Positions 1 through 10,146 of a stretch of 64,000 nucleotides of DNA are shown one piece after another. Positions within the stretch are counted from its first letter, which is position 1, and each line of letters starts with the position of its first letter. The DNA comes from an uncultured Candidatus Rokubacteria bacterium. Its GTDB lineage: Bacteria > Methylomirabilota > Methylomirabilia > Rokubacteriales > CSP1-6. The translations under genes and the position numbers were made by a program. Below the pieces are notes generated by a model. That model was not told the DNA's origin, ran no database searches, and saw nothing but the letters and a program-made list of their open reading frames with translations. The stretch lies in assembly GCA_963758635.1 (NCBI GenBank), contig CAVWWD010000008.1:1184001-1248000 (forward strand). Direction: 5' to 3'.

Positions 1-2189
1 CGGTCCTTTCCTGGGTGTGGCGGAACAGGTAGCCGATCACCGGGATCCGCCCGAGGAACGGAATGCCCGTGTGGATCGTGGCCTTCCGCTCCTGGATGAG
101 CCCGCCGAGGACGAGCGTCTGGTTGTTCAGCAGCACCACGGAGGTCTCGGCCTCGCGCTTCTTGAACTCCGGCGAGTTGGTGGGCGGCACGGGGTCGCCG
201 ACGTCGTTGACCTCCTGCTTCACGTCGAGCGCCACCGTGCCCTCCTCGCCGATGCGCGGCGTGACCGTGAGGACGACGCCCGCGTCGCGATACTCGACGG
301 TCTGGGTGCCCACGATCCCCGTGGACGCGACCGGGCCGGGCGTGATGGTCGTGGTGCCGCCCACGGGAATCTGCTGCGACGTCAGGATGGGGACGGAGCG
401 CGAGACGTTGATCACCGCCTTCTTGTTCTCGGCGGTCATGATCGACGGGTTCGACAGCACGTTCAGCTTGTTGTCCACGGCGAGCGCGTTCAGCGCGGCC
501 AGGAACCGGTCGGCGGCGAACGCGAAGACGGTCAGCCCCGGGTTGAACAGCGCGAGGCCGTTCCGGAGAAAGTCGTTGGGCGGGGCCGGCACCACCTGGC
601 GCCCCTGCGCGTTGATGATGTCGAACTTCCCCGTGCGCACGGCCCACTCGATGCCGAGCTTCATGTCGTCGGCCAGGGTGACCTCGGCGGCGAGCACCTC
701 GATCAGCACCTGCCGGGGCATCTTGTCGAGCCTCTTGATCGTCTCGAGGATGTCCTTCCAGTTGCGCGGGTACGTGGTGACGATGATGGCGTTCGTCACC
801 TCGTCGGCGATGAACCGCACCTCGCCGGTGACGCCGCCTTCCTCGCCCACCGATACGGTCGAGCCGGGCGGCCGCGCGGCCGCGCCCGTCGGCGTGGCGG
901 GGCGCGGGGGTGGAGGCGGCGTGTACGACGAGGACGGACCGCCCTTGCACGCCGCCCGACGTGTCGGGGCCCTGCTGCGTGCCCGTGATGGCGGCCCCGC
1001 TGCCCTTGCCGAAGATGGCGTCGAGGGTGTTGGCCAGGTCGCGGGCCTTGGCGTTCTCCACGAAGTAGATGAACACGCGCTGGCCGCCGTAGATGTCCAC
1101 GTCGAGCTGCTCGACGAGCCGGCGCACCGTCTCCTGCTCGGGCCGGCTCGCGTGCACGATGAGCGAGTTCGAGCGCCGCTCCGCCACCACCAGCGGCGGC
1201 CGCTCGCCGATGTCGCTGGCCGTGGCCGCGCCGGGCGTCGCGGGCGGCCGCGGGGCGGCGCCGGGCGCGGCCGGCGGCGTGGGCCCGACGGCGGGCACCA
1301 CCACGGGCGCGCCGGCCCGCGTGCGCTGGCCGCCGAAGATCTGCGTGAGGAGCTGCGCCATCTCCTGCGCGTCCGCGTGCTTGAGCTGGATGATCTTCAG
1401 CTCCTGCAGCGCCACCTGCATGTCGGCCAGCGAGATCACGTCCAGGAGGCGGCGCACGTTGGACGCGACGTCCGTGATGATGAGCATGCCCGTCTGCGGA
1501 TGCGCCGCGATGCTGCCCGCGGCGGGTACGAACGGGCGCAGCAGGTTCATGGCGTCGGTGGCGCTGAGGAACTGGAGCGGGACGATCTGCGTCAGCACCT
1601 GGTCGCCGGGGACGGTGGGATCCACCTCGCGGCCCACGCTGGTGCGCACCGCGGTTTGCGGCGAGCCCTCGCGGGGGATGATGCGGTAGAGGTTCCCCGA
1701 GCGCACCGCGGCCAGCCCGTTCACGTCCAGGATGGTCAGCAGCACGTTGAAGATGTCGTCGCTGGCCAGGCGCTGCGGCGTCTGCACGGTGACCTTCCGC
1801 CCGCGCGCCGCGGGGGCGATCACGTAGTTGAAGCCGGCGATCTCGCTGGCCGCCTGCAGCACCACCTCGATGTCCGCGTTGTCGAAGTTGAACACCACGA
1901 ACCGGCGAGGCCCGGGCGGCGGGGTGGTGGGCGGCGTGACCGCGCGCGGCGGCGTCACGGCGGGCGCCGGCGGTGTGACAGGGGCAGGCGGAGGCGCCGG
2001 GACGGGCGCGGGCAGGGGCTTCGGCGCCTCCGCGACGGGAGCGGCGGCACGGCGGCGCACGGGCGCCGGCTGCACCGTGACCACCGGGGGCGGGGTCTCG
2101 ACGGTCGGGGCCGGGGGCTTCTTCGCGGTCGCGCAGCCGGCGAGCGCCAGCGTGAGCGCGGCAAGGACCAGACTCGAGCGCGTGAGCAC
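1..2189 (-). CDS. gspD: Type II secretion secretin GspD, lipoprotein-type; 3' end runs off window, internal frameshift near 850-960
   Basis: Manual translation: GTG at 2189 gives MLTRSSLVLAALTLALAGC (lipobox), a Pro-rich linker, N0 motif FNFDNADIEVVLQAASEIAGFNYVI, and secretin C-terminal motif GIPFLGRIPVIGYLFR at the window edge. Confidence 0.92.
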   Translation of the reverse strand, partial: MLTRSSLVLAALTLALAGCATAKKPPAPTVETPPPVVTVQPAPVRRRAAAPVAEAPKPLPAPVPAPPPAPVTPPAPAVTPPRAVTPPTTPPPGPRRFVVFNFDNADIEVVLQAASEIAGFNYVIAPAARGRKVTVQTPQRLASDDIFNVLLTILDVNGLAAVRSGNLYRIIPREGSPQTAVRTSVGREVDPTVPGDQVLTQIVPLQFLSATDAMNLLRPFVPAAGSIAAHPQTGMLIITDVASNVRRLLDVISLADMQVALQELKIIQLKHADAQEMAQLLTQIFGGQRTRAGAPVVVPAVGPTPPAAPGAAPRPPATPGAATASDIGERPPLVVAERRSNSLIVHASRPEQETVRRLVEQLDVDIYGGQRVFIYFVENAKARDLANTLDAIFGKGSGAAITGTQQGPDTSGGVQGRSVLVVHAASTPAPRHADGRGRAAARLDRIGGRGRRRHRRGAVHRRRGDERHHRHHVPAQLEGHPRDDQEARQDAPAGADRGARRRGHPGRRHEARHRVGRAHGEVRHHQRAGAPGGAGPAQRLSPERPRAVQPGADRLRVRRRPVPGRAERARRGQQAERAVEPVDHDRREQEGGDQRLALRPHPDVAADSRGRHHDHHARPGRVHGDRGHPDRRVSRRGRRPHGHAAHRRGGHGGARREAGGQRRRRPRAAHQLAGVQEARGRDLRGAAEQPDARPRRAHPGAEGHDPHGHSVPRADPGDRLPVPPHPGKD

Positions 2190-2198
2190 GAGCGGGCA

Positions 2199-2971
2199 CT
2201 ACCGGTCCTGGCTCGCCGAGGTGTCCACCGAGGGCATCGGGCCCGCGGGCGGACGGATGAGGTCGGGCCGCAGCAGGCGCGGCCCGGGCGGCACGGCGGC
2301 GCCGGGCGTGGCCGGCGGCACGGGCGGCGCGGGCGTGGGCGGCTGGACGCCCTGGATCGAAGCGGCCGCCGCGGGCGGCAGCGGAGCCGCGCGGCGTGCC
2401 CGGCCGGACCGCGGCGGCTCCCACGGGCGGCGTGGGAGCCCCCGGGACACCCGGCGCGCCCGGCGTTCCGGCGACGGGCGCGGGCTGCGGCTTCGACGGG
2501 TCGCGCAGCATCACTTCCATCGGCCCCTCGGGCCGCGCGATCACCACGCGATCCGCGCGGACCACCTCGAGCCGGCCGCCGCCGACGGCATCGCCCACCG
2601 CGTAGCCGAACGTGCTCTTGGCCGTCACGTCCTCGATGAAGGCACGGCTCTTGGTCTCGTCCACGATGACGCCGTGCAGGTAGAGCTTGGGCGGCGGCGT
2701 GGCGGCCACCGCGGCCGGCGCCGTGCTCTCGGTGCGCGTGGCGCTGAAGAGGTTCTTCGCCGCGATCACGTTGTAGAGCGGGCGCTGCTCGGGGCGAGGC
2801 GCGCTCGACAGGCGCGTCAGCGGCGCCGGCCGCCGCCGGCTGGGCCCCCGGCTTCGGCGCGGCGGCCTGGGGCACCGACCGCGGGGTCGTCAGCTCGCGG
2901 GCGATCCAGTACCCCGAGACGGCGATCACCGCGAGGAGGACGAGGTTCAGGGCCAGGAGACGGCGCGACAT
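2199..2971 (-). CDS. gspC: T2SS GspC-like protein (frameshifted)
   Basis: N-terminal TM (MSRRLLALNLVLLAVIAVSGYW), then YNVIAAKNLF...LYLHGVIVDETKSRAFIED...GDAVGGGRLEVVRADRVVI (HR-domain-like) and a Pro-rich tail; directly upstream of gspD. Confidence 0.65.
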
Positions 2972-2979
2972 CGGATCGA

Positions 2980-3606
2980 TTATCCCTTGCTCCCCGCTGC
3001 CTTGCCTAACTCTGAAGCGGGCTTCTCCGCCGGCGCCTTGCCCGCCGGCGCGGGCGGCGCCACCAGGTAGCCGGCAACGGTGATCGTGGTCAGGAGATCG
3101 CGGGGTTGGCCCGCGGAGATCACGCGCAGCTTGAGGTCCTGGAAGGTCAGGAGCTTGTCGGTCCGCTCGAGGCGGTAGATGAGGTCGACCGACTCCCGGA
3201 TTCCACCGGCCACGGTGATCTCGATCGGGACCTCCAGGAGGCCGCCCTTGTCCGCCGTGGTGAGCACGCGCTCGCTGCGGACCTCGACGTTCGCCTCGGC
3301 CGCCACGTCCTTGACCAGCTTCTGGAGCTCGGAGGCGGCCAGGGGGGCGGTGGGCCCCTGGAGCAGGCGGGCCGACTCCGCGTCCACCCGCCTGGTCACC
3401 TCGACCAGCTCGGCCTGGAGCGCGGCCTTCCTGCCGATCATCGCCTGGCGGCGCTCGAGCCCCGCCTGCCGCGCGGGCAAGAGCTCGGCGGCCTGACGGT
3501 TGGCGTCCTGGATGGGCTCGACCACGTAGAGGTAGCCCGCCACCACGATCGCCCCGGCCACGGCGAGGCCCACCAGCCTGCGCTCCCGCCCGGACATGCT
3601 CGCCAT
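2980..3606 (-). CDS. gspM: T2SS GspM/PilO-like protein
   Basis: MSGRERRLVGLAV TM helix, coiled coil, AASELQKLVK...VEVRSERVL...LIYRLE; operon position. Confidence 0.75.
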   Translation of the reverse strand: MASMSGRERRLVGLAVAGAIVVAGYLYVVEPIQDANRQAAELLPARQAGLERRQAMIGRKAALQAELVEVTRRVDAESARLLQGPTAPLAASELQKLVKDVAAEANVEVRSERVLTTADKGGLLEVPIEITVAGGIRESVDLIYRLERTDKLLTFQDLKLRVISAGQPRDLLTTITVAGYLVAPPAPAGKAPAEKPASELGKAAGSKG

Positions 3607-3608
3607 GG

Positions 3609-5243
3609 CTAGCGCCGCTCCCGCCCGGGACGCCGCATCGCGGGGTCTTCGGCCGGCCGCGCGGGCACGGCCTCCGGCGGCACGGCGGCCGGCGGGTTGA
3701 CCACCACGGGCGCGTCGGCGCCTGGCGCGGGCTGGCCGGGCACGGCCTGCGCGGGGCCCCTCATGCGCGCGCCGCCAGGACCGGCAGCACGCTCGGCGCC
3801 GGCGGGCGCGCCCGGTCGCTCCACTCCCGTGGCGCGCTCGGCGCCTGGGCGCAGGGCATCGGGTCGCGCCTCTGGTCGCTGCAGGTCGGCGGTGCGCGGG
3901 GCGAGAGGCCCGGTGGGACCGGCCTCCCAGCCCGCGCGCAGGCGGAACTGCTCGCGGTCGCGCCCGCGCGTCACCGGCGACGTGAACTCGGCGCGCTCGA
4001 GCCAGCCGGACGCCTCGAGGAGCGGAATGAGCTGGCTCGCCGCGTTGGCCTGCCCCACCAGCTCCACCCCGCGGACATCGGCGTTGAGCTGGCTGAGCCA
4101 CGCGTCCTGCGGCAGGAGCTCCGTGAGCTCGCGCAGGAGCGGCAGGGCGCGAAGCCCGCCCCGCTCGGCCGACTGCATGGCCGAGAGCATGGCCTTCTTG
4201 CGCGCCACGTCGGCGGCCACGCGTTCCACCTCCTTCACCTGGGAGTCGAGGCCCCGCGCCGCCGTCTCCAGCGTCTCGACGTGGCGCTGGTCGCGGTAGC
4301 CCTGCACGGAGAGCGCGGCGATGCCGGAGCCGAGCGCCAGCGCCAGCATGGCCGCGGTGGCGATCTGCGCGCCCGTCCACGTGCGCGGCCGGAGACCCTC
4401 CGGCAGGAGGTCCAGCGCCACGTGCCGGCGGCCCGCGGCCACGCCGAGGGCCAGCGTGCCCGTGGCGCGTTCCTCGTCCGGCAGGGCCTGGATCGCCGCC
4501 GCCATCGCCGGATCCCATGGCGGCTCCGACAGCGCGGCGCCCAGCGTGTCCGGCATGGTCGTGATGTAGCGCGTGGCCTCGTCGCCCGACACCCACACGG
4601 CCTCGCAGTCCGGCCAGTGCAGCAGGGGAAGGCTGGTGGCGACGGCGTCCACCAGCTCCTCGCCGGTGGTCACCGGCACCTCTCGGCTCCACAGCACGTC
4701 CCCGCCGGCGAGGAACACGACCATCGTGCGCTCCCCGGCGCGATGCGCCCACGCCACGCGCCGGGCCGCGGCGCCGCGCCGGAGGAGGCGGGGCAGCTCG
4801 TGGCAGGCCACCGTGATGCTGGCCGCGCGCAGGCGCGGCTCCTCGAGGAAGCGCAGCGCGCGGTCCACCACGCGCCGCTCGGTGGCGGCCACGAGCACGC
4901 GCGCGGGACCGTCCTTGGGGCCGGGCAGGTCGCGCGCGTCGAACACCATGTCGTCCGCGGGGAACGGCACGTGCCGCTCGAGGGCGAACCGGAGCATGGC
5001 GGCGCGATCCTGTCCCGCCACCCGCGGCAGCTCGAGCGTCTTCACCGTCACCAGCGATCGCTCGATGCCCACGTGCACGCGGCCCAGACGCAGCTTGCGC
5101 GTCTGGAGCTCGGCGCGGAGCAGGCCGCCCGGGTTCTCCTCCCCGGGCAGGGTGAAGTGGGTCATGGGCCCGCGCGCCGGCAGCGCCACGAAGGTGAGCC
5201 CACGCTCGTGCAGGAAGATGCCCGCGCGCGTCCCGAGCCTCAT
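3609..5243 (-). CDS. gspL: T2SS GspL (PilM-like cytoplasmic plus PilN-like periplasmic domain)
   Basis: LRFALERHVPF, TM helix, LLRELTELLPQDAWL...LIPLLEASGWLERAEFTSPVT (PilN-like). Confidence 0.8.
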   Translation of the reverse strand: MRLGTRAGIFLHERGLTFVALPARGPMTHFTLPGEENPGGLLRAELQTRKLRLGRVHVGIERSLVTVKTLELPRVAGQDRAAMLRFALERHVPFPADDMVFDARDLPGPKDGPARVLVAATERRVVDRALRFLEEPRLRAASITVACHELPRLLRRGAAARRVAWAHRAGERTMVVFLAGGDVLWSREVPVTTGEELVDAVATSLPLLHWPDCEAVWVSGDEATRYITTMPDTLGAALSEPPWDPAMAAAIQALPDEERATGTLALGVAAGRRHVALDLLPEGLRPRTWTGAQIATAAMLALALGSGIAALSVQGYRDQRHVETLETAARGLDSQVKEVERVAADVARKKAMLSAMQSAERGGLRALPLLRELTELLPQDAWLSQLNADVRGVELVGQANAASQLIPLLEASGWLERAEFTSPVTRGRDREQFRLRAGWEAGPTGPLAPRTADLQRPEARPDALRPGAERATGVERPGAPAGAERAAGPGGARMRGPAQAVPGQPAPGADAPVVVNPPAAVPPEAVPARPAEDPAMRRPGRERR

Positions 5244-6355
5244 CGCGCGCCCGTCCGCGGGCCGGTGCCGGCGCCGTTGTCGGCAGGCCGAGGCGCCTCG
5301 TCGGCCCGGCCGCCGTCCACCACTCGCCAGGACTTGATCACCAGCCTCGGCGCCACCACCGCCGCGGTCGGCGCGCCCTGCGCGCCCTGGGTGGGCGGGC
5401 GCGTCGTCGGTGGGCGGCCCGCCACCAGCCCGGCGTTCGACACGACCACCACGAGCCGCGCGCGCCGCTCGCCGTTCACGATGCCCTCGGACTCGATGCG
5501 GAAGGTCTGGCTGCCCGCGTTCAGTCCCCGGCTGGCGAAGCGCCCGGCCCGATGGGTAGGGCGCGAGCTTCCGCGTCTGCTCGACCTCGCTGATCTCGGC
5601 CTCGGACAGCCGCAGCGCCTTGAGAATGATGGGCGGCGCGGTGTTGATGTTCACGGAGTTCCGCGTGCTGTACACCGTGACGAGGTCGCGCAGGCCGGGC
5701 TTCTCGCCGGATCCCGCCCACAGCGCGGGCGTGACCCCGCGGATCTGGAGCATCTCGCCCGTGTCCTGGAGGTTGCCGTTGCGCGCGCGGTACGGCACCG
5801 GGAGCTTCAGGTAGAAGTCGCTCTCCGCGCCGTTGATCCGATGGTTGTCGTTCTGGTCGCGCCAGTCCTGCAGCGAGTCGTTGATGACGTCGCGGTTCTC
5901 CTTGCTCACGTCGAGCTCGGTCAGGAGCTGGTCGAGGCGGGCGACGGGCGAGGTGTTGACGTTGATGCGCGACTCCTCGTCCGTGATGCGGTACGTGAAG
6001 TGGCCGGGCCCGAGGCGGCACGCGGGTACGGGGCAGCGGGGGCAGCGGCAACACCGAGGCGCCCACGGCCGCCCCGGCGGCGGCTCGCGCCCACCGTGGC
6101 CGGCCGGTAGAAGACGAGCGCGCCCGTGTCGTCCAGGCCCTGCACGGCGGTGTTGCTCATGATCTCGCGCATGGCCTGCTCGACGCCGGCCTCGGCCAGG
6201 TGCTGCCCGACCAGGGCTTCCTTGTGCGTGCGCGCCATCGAGGCCTCGAGCCGCATCGAGTAGCTGAACTCCACCGCCACCACCCCGAGCACGGCAAGAA
6301 CCAGCATCACCGCGATGAGGGCGAACCCGTCCGAGCCGCGGCCACCGCGCGTCAC
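5240..6355 (-). CDS. gspK: T2SS minor pseudopilin GspK (two apparent frameshifts)
   Basis: GFALIAVMLVLAVL cleavage motif; ITDEESRININTS, DSLQDWRD, RINGAESDFY, VNINTAP GspK motifs. Confidence 0.88.
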
Positions 6356-7026
6356 TGGAGGGCCGCCGTGCGCAGCGGGATCACCAGCGGCGGATGCTCC
6401 ACCGGGGCGCCGCCCGGGCGCGTGGGACGCGTGGTCAGCGTGATCTCGACGGCCGTCGGCATCGGCCGCTCGGCCGTCGGCTCCCATTGCTCCTGCCAGT
6501 CGTCGCCGAGATAGCGGAAGCGCGCCTGGGTGACCGAGCCGTCGACCAGCACCGGCGTCAGCCCGGTCTCGAACGGATCCTCGTTCGGCATCGCCTTCTG
6601 GCGCACGGCGAGCCCCGGGTTCTGCCCGCCGGCCATGCCGAGCGTGACCGCGGTGAACGCGATCGGCGTGCTCGGCGGAAGGGGCGGGGAAACGGTCACG
6701 AAGCCCACGTGCTCGGCGTCGCCCTCGAAGTAGACCAGGAGCGGGGCGCCCGTTGGGCTCGTGGCCACGGTGGCGGGACCCGGCCCGGTCCCGCCCGTGA
6801 TGGGACGCAGCCTCAGGTACGGATACGCGCCGGCCAGCGAGCGCTCCAGCACCTGCGCCAGGCTGCGCGCGTGCTGCTGCGCCTCGGCCCGCGCCTCGCC
6901 CTGCCGCCACGAGGCGAGGCCGATGCGCAGCCCGCCGAACGCGGTGAGAAGGAGGAGGCCCACCAGGCTCAGCGCAAGGAGCAGCTCGACGAGGGTGAAG
7001 CCGGCTTCGCGCGAGCGGAGCGTCAT
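6352..7026 (-). CDS. gspJ: T2SS minor pseudopilin GspJ
   Basis: GFTLVELLLAL N-methylation motif; C-terminal WQEQW...PTAVEITL. Confidence 0.85.
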   Translation of the reverse strand: MTLRSREAGFTLVELLLALSLVGLLLLTAFGGLRIGLASWRQGEARAEAQQHARSLAQVLERSLAGAYPYLRLRPITGGTGPGPATVATSPTGAPLLVYFEGDAEHVGFVTVSPPLPPSTPIAFTAVTLGMAGGQNPGLAVRQKAMPNEDPFETGLTPVLVDGSVTQARFRYLGDDWQEQWEPTAERPMPTAVEITLTTRPTRPGGAPVEHPPLVIPLRTAALQ

Positions 7027-7421
7027 GGCGTCCGCCCCGGCAGGCCCTCGGGCGGCGCGGTGCGAAGCGTGGCCAGCTCCACAGCCTGGTTGCGTCCCCA
7101 TCGCACGAGCACGGACACGGAGAAGAGTCGAGGCGGCGCCACGCCGGGCGAGGTCAGATCCGGGTTCACCTCCACCGCGGTCACGCGGCGCTCCCAGGAG
7201 AAGTCGCCCTCGGCGCCCGTGTCCACCTGCTCCGCGTCCGGCGTGATGGCGCGCAGCAGGCGGTCTCCGAGCTGCGCGGCGTCCTGGTGCTCGCCGGCCA
7301 CGCGGATCAGCCGGAGCGACTGGGACGAGAGCTGGAGCACCGCCACCACGGCCACGCCGAGCACGGCCATGGCCACCATCACCTCGAGCAGCGTGAAGCC
7401 GTCGCGGCCGGCGCTACGCAT
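7023..7421 (-). CDS. gspI: T2SS minor pseudopilin GspI
   Basis: GFTLLEVMVAMAVL motif, 132 aa, between H and J. Confidence 0.85.
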   Translation of the reverse strand: MRSAGRDGFTLLEVMVAMAVLGVAVVAVLQLSSQSLRLIRVAGEHQDAAQLGDRLLRAITPDAEQVDTGAEGDFSWERRVTAVEVNPDLTSPGVAPPRLFSVSVLVRWGRNQAVELATLRTAPPEGLPGRTP

Positions 7422-7857
7422 CCCGCCGGACCTCGGCCACGCGTCCCGTGAGCGGCTCCACCGTGATCACGAACACGCGCGGGCCCGGCGCCTCGATGTG
7501 GAACGAGGCGCCGCTCGACAGGCCCTCGGGAAGGAACCGCACGGTGAGCCCGGCCGGCGAGTCCGCCTTCACGCGGAGCCGTTCGCCGAGCCGCCGGGTC
7601 ATGCTGGGTCGCTCGGCGCCGGCGGGGGAGAGCGTGAGGAGATGAGCGTCGGGATCCACGCGGACCTCGTGCGCCACCCGCTTCGTGACGGCCTGGTGGC
7701 GCGCGTAGCGGAGGAACGCCGCGAAGCTCGCGACCTCGGCCCGGGCCCGCACGCCGTCCACGGCCCGGCCCACCGATGGCGCCGTCACGCCCGCGGCCAC
7801 CGCCAGCACGAGCAACACCACCAGCATCTCGACCAGCGTGAAGCCGCGCGCTCTCAC
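7414..7857 (-). CDS. gspH: T2SS minor pseudopilin GspH/FimT-like
   Basis: GFTLVEMLVVL; LRYARHQAV; RFLPEGLSSG; VEPLTGRV. Confidence 0.85.
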   Translation of the reverse strand: MRARGFTLVEMLVVLLVLAVAAGVTAPSVGRAVDGVRARAEVASFAAFLRYARHQAVTKRVAHEVRVDPDAHLLTLSPAGAERPSMTRRLGERLRVKADSPAGLTVRFLPEGLSSGASFHIEAPGPRVFVITVEPLTGRVAEVRRDA

Positions 7858-7873
7858 GTGAGGCGTCAGGCCC

Positions 7874-8329
7874 TCACTTCGTCTGCCAGGACGTGATGTC
7901 GGTGTTCTCGCCGTCGCCGCCCGGCGCCTTGTCCGCGCCATCGCTCCAGAGGTCGTAGTCGCCGTGGTCGCCCGGGCAGCACTTGTAGCGGTAGGGGTTG
8001 TCCCAGGGATCCTTCGGCAGGCCCTTCTTGAGGTACGGACCGTTCCAGTTCGTCGCGCCCGTGCTCGTCACCAGGCCCTCCAGCGCGCCGGGATAGCTGC
8101 CCACGTCGAGCCGGTACTGGTCCAGGGCGCCGCCCAGGAGCTCGATCTGCGCGCGCGCCGCCGTCTGCTTGGACTGGCCCACGCGGCCGAAGAGCCGCGG
8201 CCCCACCAGCCCGGCCAGGAGGCCGAGAATGATCACAACCACGAGGAGTTCGATGAGCGTGAAGCCCCGCTGGTCCAGCCGGGGAAACCGGGTACGGACA
8301 CTCCGCAGCGCTCTGGAAAGTGTTGACAT
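7874..8329 (-). CDS. gspG: T2SS major pseudopilin GspG
   Basis: GFTLIELLVVVIILGLLAGLVGPRL, ALDQYRLDVGSYP, WNGPYLKKGLPKDPWDNPY, GADKAPGGDGENTDI. Confidence 0.96.
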   Translation of the reverse strand: MSTLSRALRSVRTRFPRLDQRGFTLIELLVVVIILGLLAGLVGPRLFGRVGQSKQTAARAQIELLGGALDQYRLDVGSYPGALEGLVTSTGATNWNGPYLKKGLPKDPWDNPYRYKCCPGDHGDYDLWSDGADKAPGGDGENTDITSWQTK

Positions 8330-8339
8330 ACGGAGAAGA

Positions 8340-8368
8340 AGTATCCGCCCGGAGAGGGGAGCCGTCAA
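8340..8368 (-). promoter_or_regulatory. Putative sigma70 promoter for the gspG-D operon
   Basis: TTGACG (8368-8363), 17 bp spacer, GATACT (8345-8340), 10 nt before the gspG ATG. Confidence 0.55.
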
Positions 8369-8456
8369 AGATTTGCCTGAGAGGGCCCGCCGACTACGAG
8401 ATCTGGGGGCCGGCGACCGGCGGCCCCCACGGGCAGGAGACCAGTGACCCGGCCGA

Positions 8457-8793
8457 TCAGTACAGGAGGAAGTCCGCAGGCACGAGGCGGCGGCCGACGG
8501 GATCGACCGCCAGGCCGAGCTGCTCGAGGACCGTCAGGCCGACGAGGGAGGAGTCGTCGGGATCGCCGAATACCACCCGGCAGGGCACCGACTCCTCGTT
8601 CAACGTGATCGTGGTGTCACCGATGTAGCGTTGATGAGCGTTCGGTGCGACGCCCATCGGCGAGGGTCAAACCGATCTTCCGCAGCCTCTGGATGCTCAA
8701 GCGATCAAGAAGGGCCCCGGCAGCACGGCCAGGGTGGCTCCGGTATCCGCGAGCGCGGCCATCGACTCCGACTGTGGTCCCGTGCGGATACAT
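8457..8793 (-). pseudogene. Clan AA (retropepsin-like) aspartyl protease family gene, degraded/frameshifted
   Basis: ADTGATLAVLP in one frame, LADGRR in another, C-terminal SLVGLTVLEQLGLAVDPVGRRLVP. Confidence 0.7.
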
Positions 8794-8810
8794 GCCTCTC
8801 GCCGGCCCCA

Positions 8811-9830
8811 TCAATCCCGCGGCGACCCGTCCGGTCGCGGCGAGATGGCGCCGGACCCGGCGGTGGATGCGCGCTCGTAGGCCTTCACCAGGTAGAGGGG
8901 CCGGCGCTTGGTCTCGTCGAACATGCGCGCGAGGTACTCGCCAATGATGCCGATGCTGATGAGCTGCACGCCGCCCAGGAAGAGCACCGCGGCCATGAGC
9001 GAAGGATACCCCGCCACGGGATCGCCGCCGTGGCGCAGCGTCTTCAGCACGATGTACGCGCCGTAGGCCAGCGAGATCGTGGCCGTGACCAGCCCAAGGT
9101 AGGTGGCGGCCTTGAGCGGCCCCGTCGTGAATCCCGTGAGGCCCTCGAGCGCCAGGTTCCAGAGCGACCAGTACCGCCACTTCGTCCGGCCGGCGTGACG
9201 CGGATCGCGGCGATAGCGCACTTCGGCCTGGTCGTAGCCGATCCACGAGTAGAGGCCCTTCATGTACCGGTGCTGCTCCCTGAGCGTGCCGAGCGCCTCC
9301 ACGGCGCGCCGGCTGAGCAGGCGGAAGTCGCCAGTATCCTCGGGAATGCGCACGCGGCTCACGCGCTGGAGCACGCGATAGAAGAGCCAGGACGTGGTGC
9401 GTTTGAGCGGCCCCTCGCCCTGCCGCGAGGTGCGCCGCGCGTAGACCACGTCGTGGCCCTCGCGCCACCTCGCGATCATCTCGGGGATCAGCTCGGGCGG
9501 GTCCTGAAGGTCGGCGTCGATCACCACCACGGCGTCGCCCGCCGCGTGATCGAGCCCCGCGGTGAGCGCCACCTCCTTGCCGAAGTTCCGGCTGAGCGCC
9601 ACGATCCCCACGCGCCCGTCGCGCCCGCGGAGCTTGCGGAGGATCTCCGCGGTGCCGTCGCGGCTGCCGTCGTCCACGTAGACGATCTCGGCGGCGAGGC
9701 CGAGGCCGTCCAGCACGGTGGTCAGGCGGTCGTGGAAGGCGCCGAGCACATCCTCCTCGTCGTAGACGGGGACCACGACGGACAGCGCGGGCCCGCCGGT
9801 GGATGGCGGAACTCGCCGATCGTCCGTCAC
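8811..9830 (-). CDS. GT2 glycosyltransferase, GtrB/YkoT-like polyprenol-phosphate sugar synthase
   Basis: VVVPVYDEE, VDDGSRDGT, LSRNFGKEVALTAG, DADLQDPPE, GDFRLLSRR, two C-terminal TMs, GEYLARMFDETKRRPLY. Confidence 0.92.
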   Translation of the reverse strand: MTDDRRVPPSTGGPALSVVVPVYDEEDVLGAFHDRLTTVLDGLGLAAEIVYVDDGSRDGTAEILRKLRGRDGRVGIVALSRNFGKEVALTAGLDHAAGDAVVVIDADLQDPPELIPEMIARWREGHDVVYARRTSRQGEGPLKRTTSWLFYRVLQRVSRVRIPEDTGDFRLLSRRAVEALGTLREQHRYMKGLYSWIGYDQAEVRYRRDPRHAGRTKWRYWSLWNLALEGLTGFTTGPLKAATYLGLVTATISLAYGAYIVLKTLRHGGDPVAGYPSLMAAVLFLGGVQLISIGIIGEYLARMFDETKRRPLYLVKAYERASTAGSGAISPRPDGSPRD

Positions 9831-9837
9831 GTGACGG

Positions 9838-10025
9838 TCACCCCGGGTTTCGGAGCGGCTTCGAGGGCCGCGAGCGCCAGAGGCCGTCGACCTCGAGCGT
9901 GGCCTTGTCCTGGACCGCCGAAGCGATGTCCGCGCTCACGCTGGGCGACCGACCAGCGCGCACGGCCCGTCGCGCCGCTGATCGAGGCCCGGGGGAAGGC
10001 GCACGGCGATCTTGATGGTCATCAT
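9838..10025 (-). pseudogene. Remnant of ribbon-helix-helix antitoxin with no adjacent cognate toxin
   Basis: MTIKIAVRLP...(shift)ARRAVRAGRSPSVSADIASAVQDKA; TG-G-TATTGT -10 box just upstream of the ATG. Confidence 0.5.
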
Positions 10026-10146
10026 ACCGGCGACAATACCACCGCTCCGACGCCACCGGTGAGCCAGCGCCGCTCCCAGACCGAGGAAGTCGCAGCCGTA
10101 GCCGCCGCCTATCGGTCCGGGCAGTCAGCGAGGCGCAGTGCGACGT

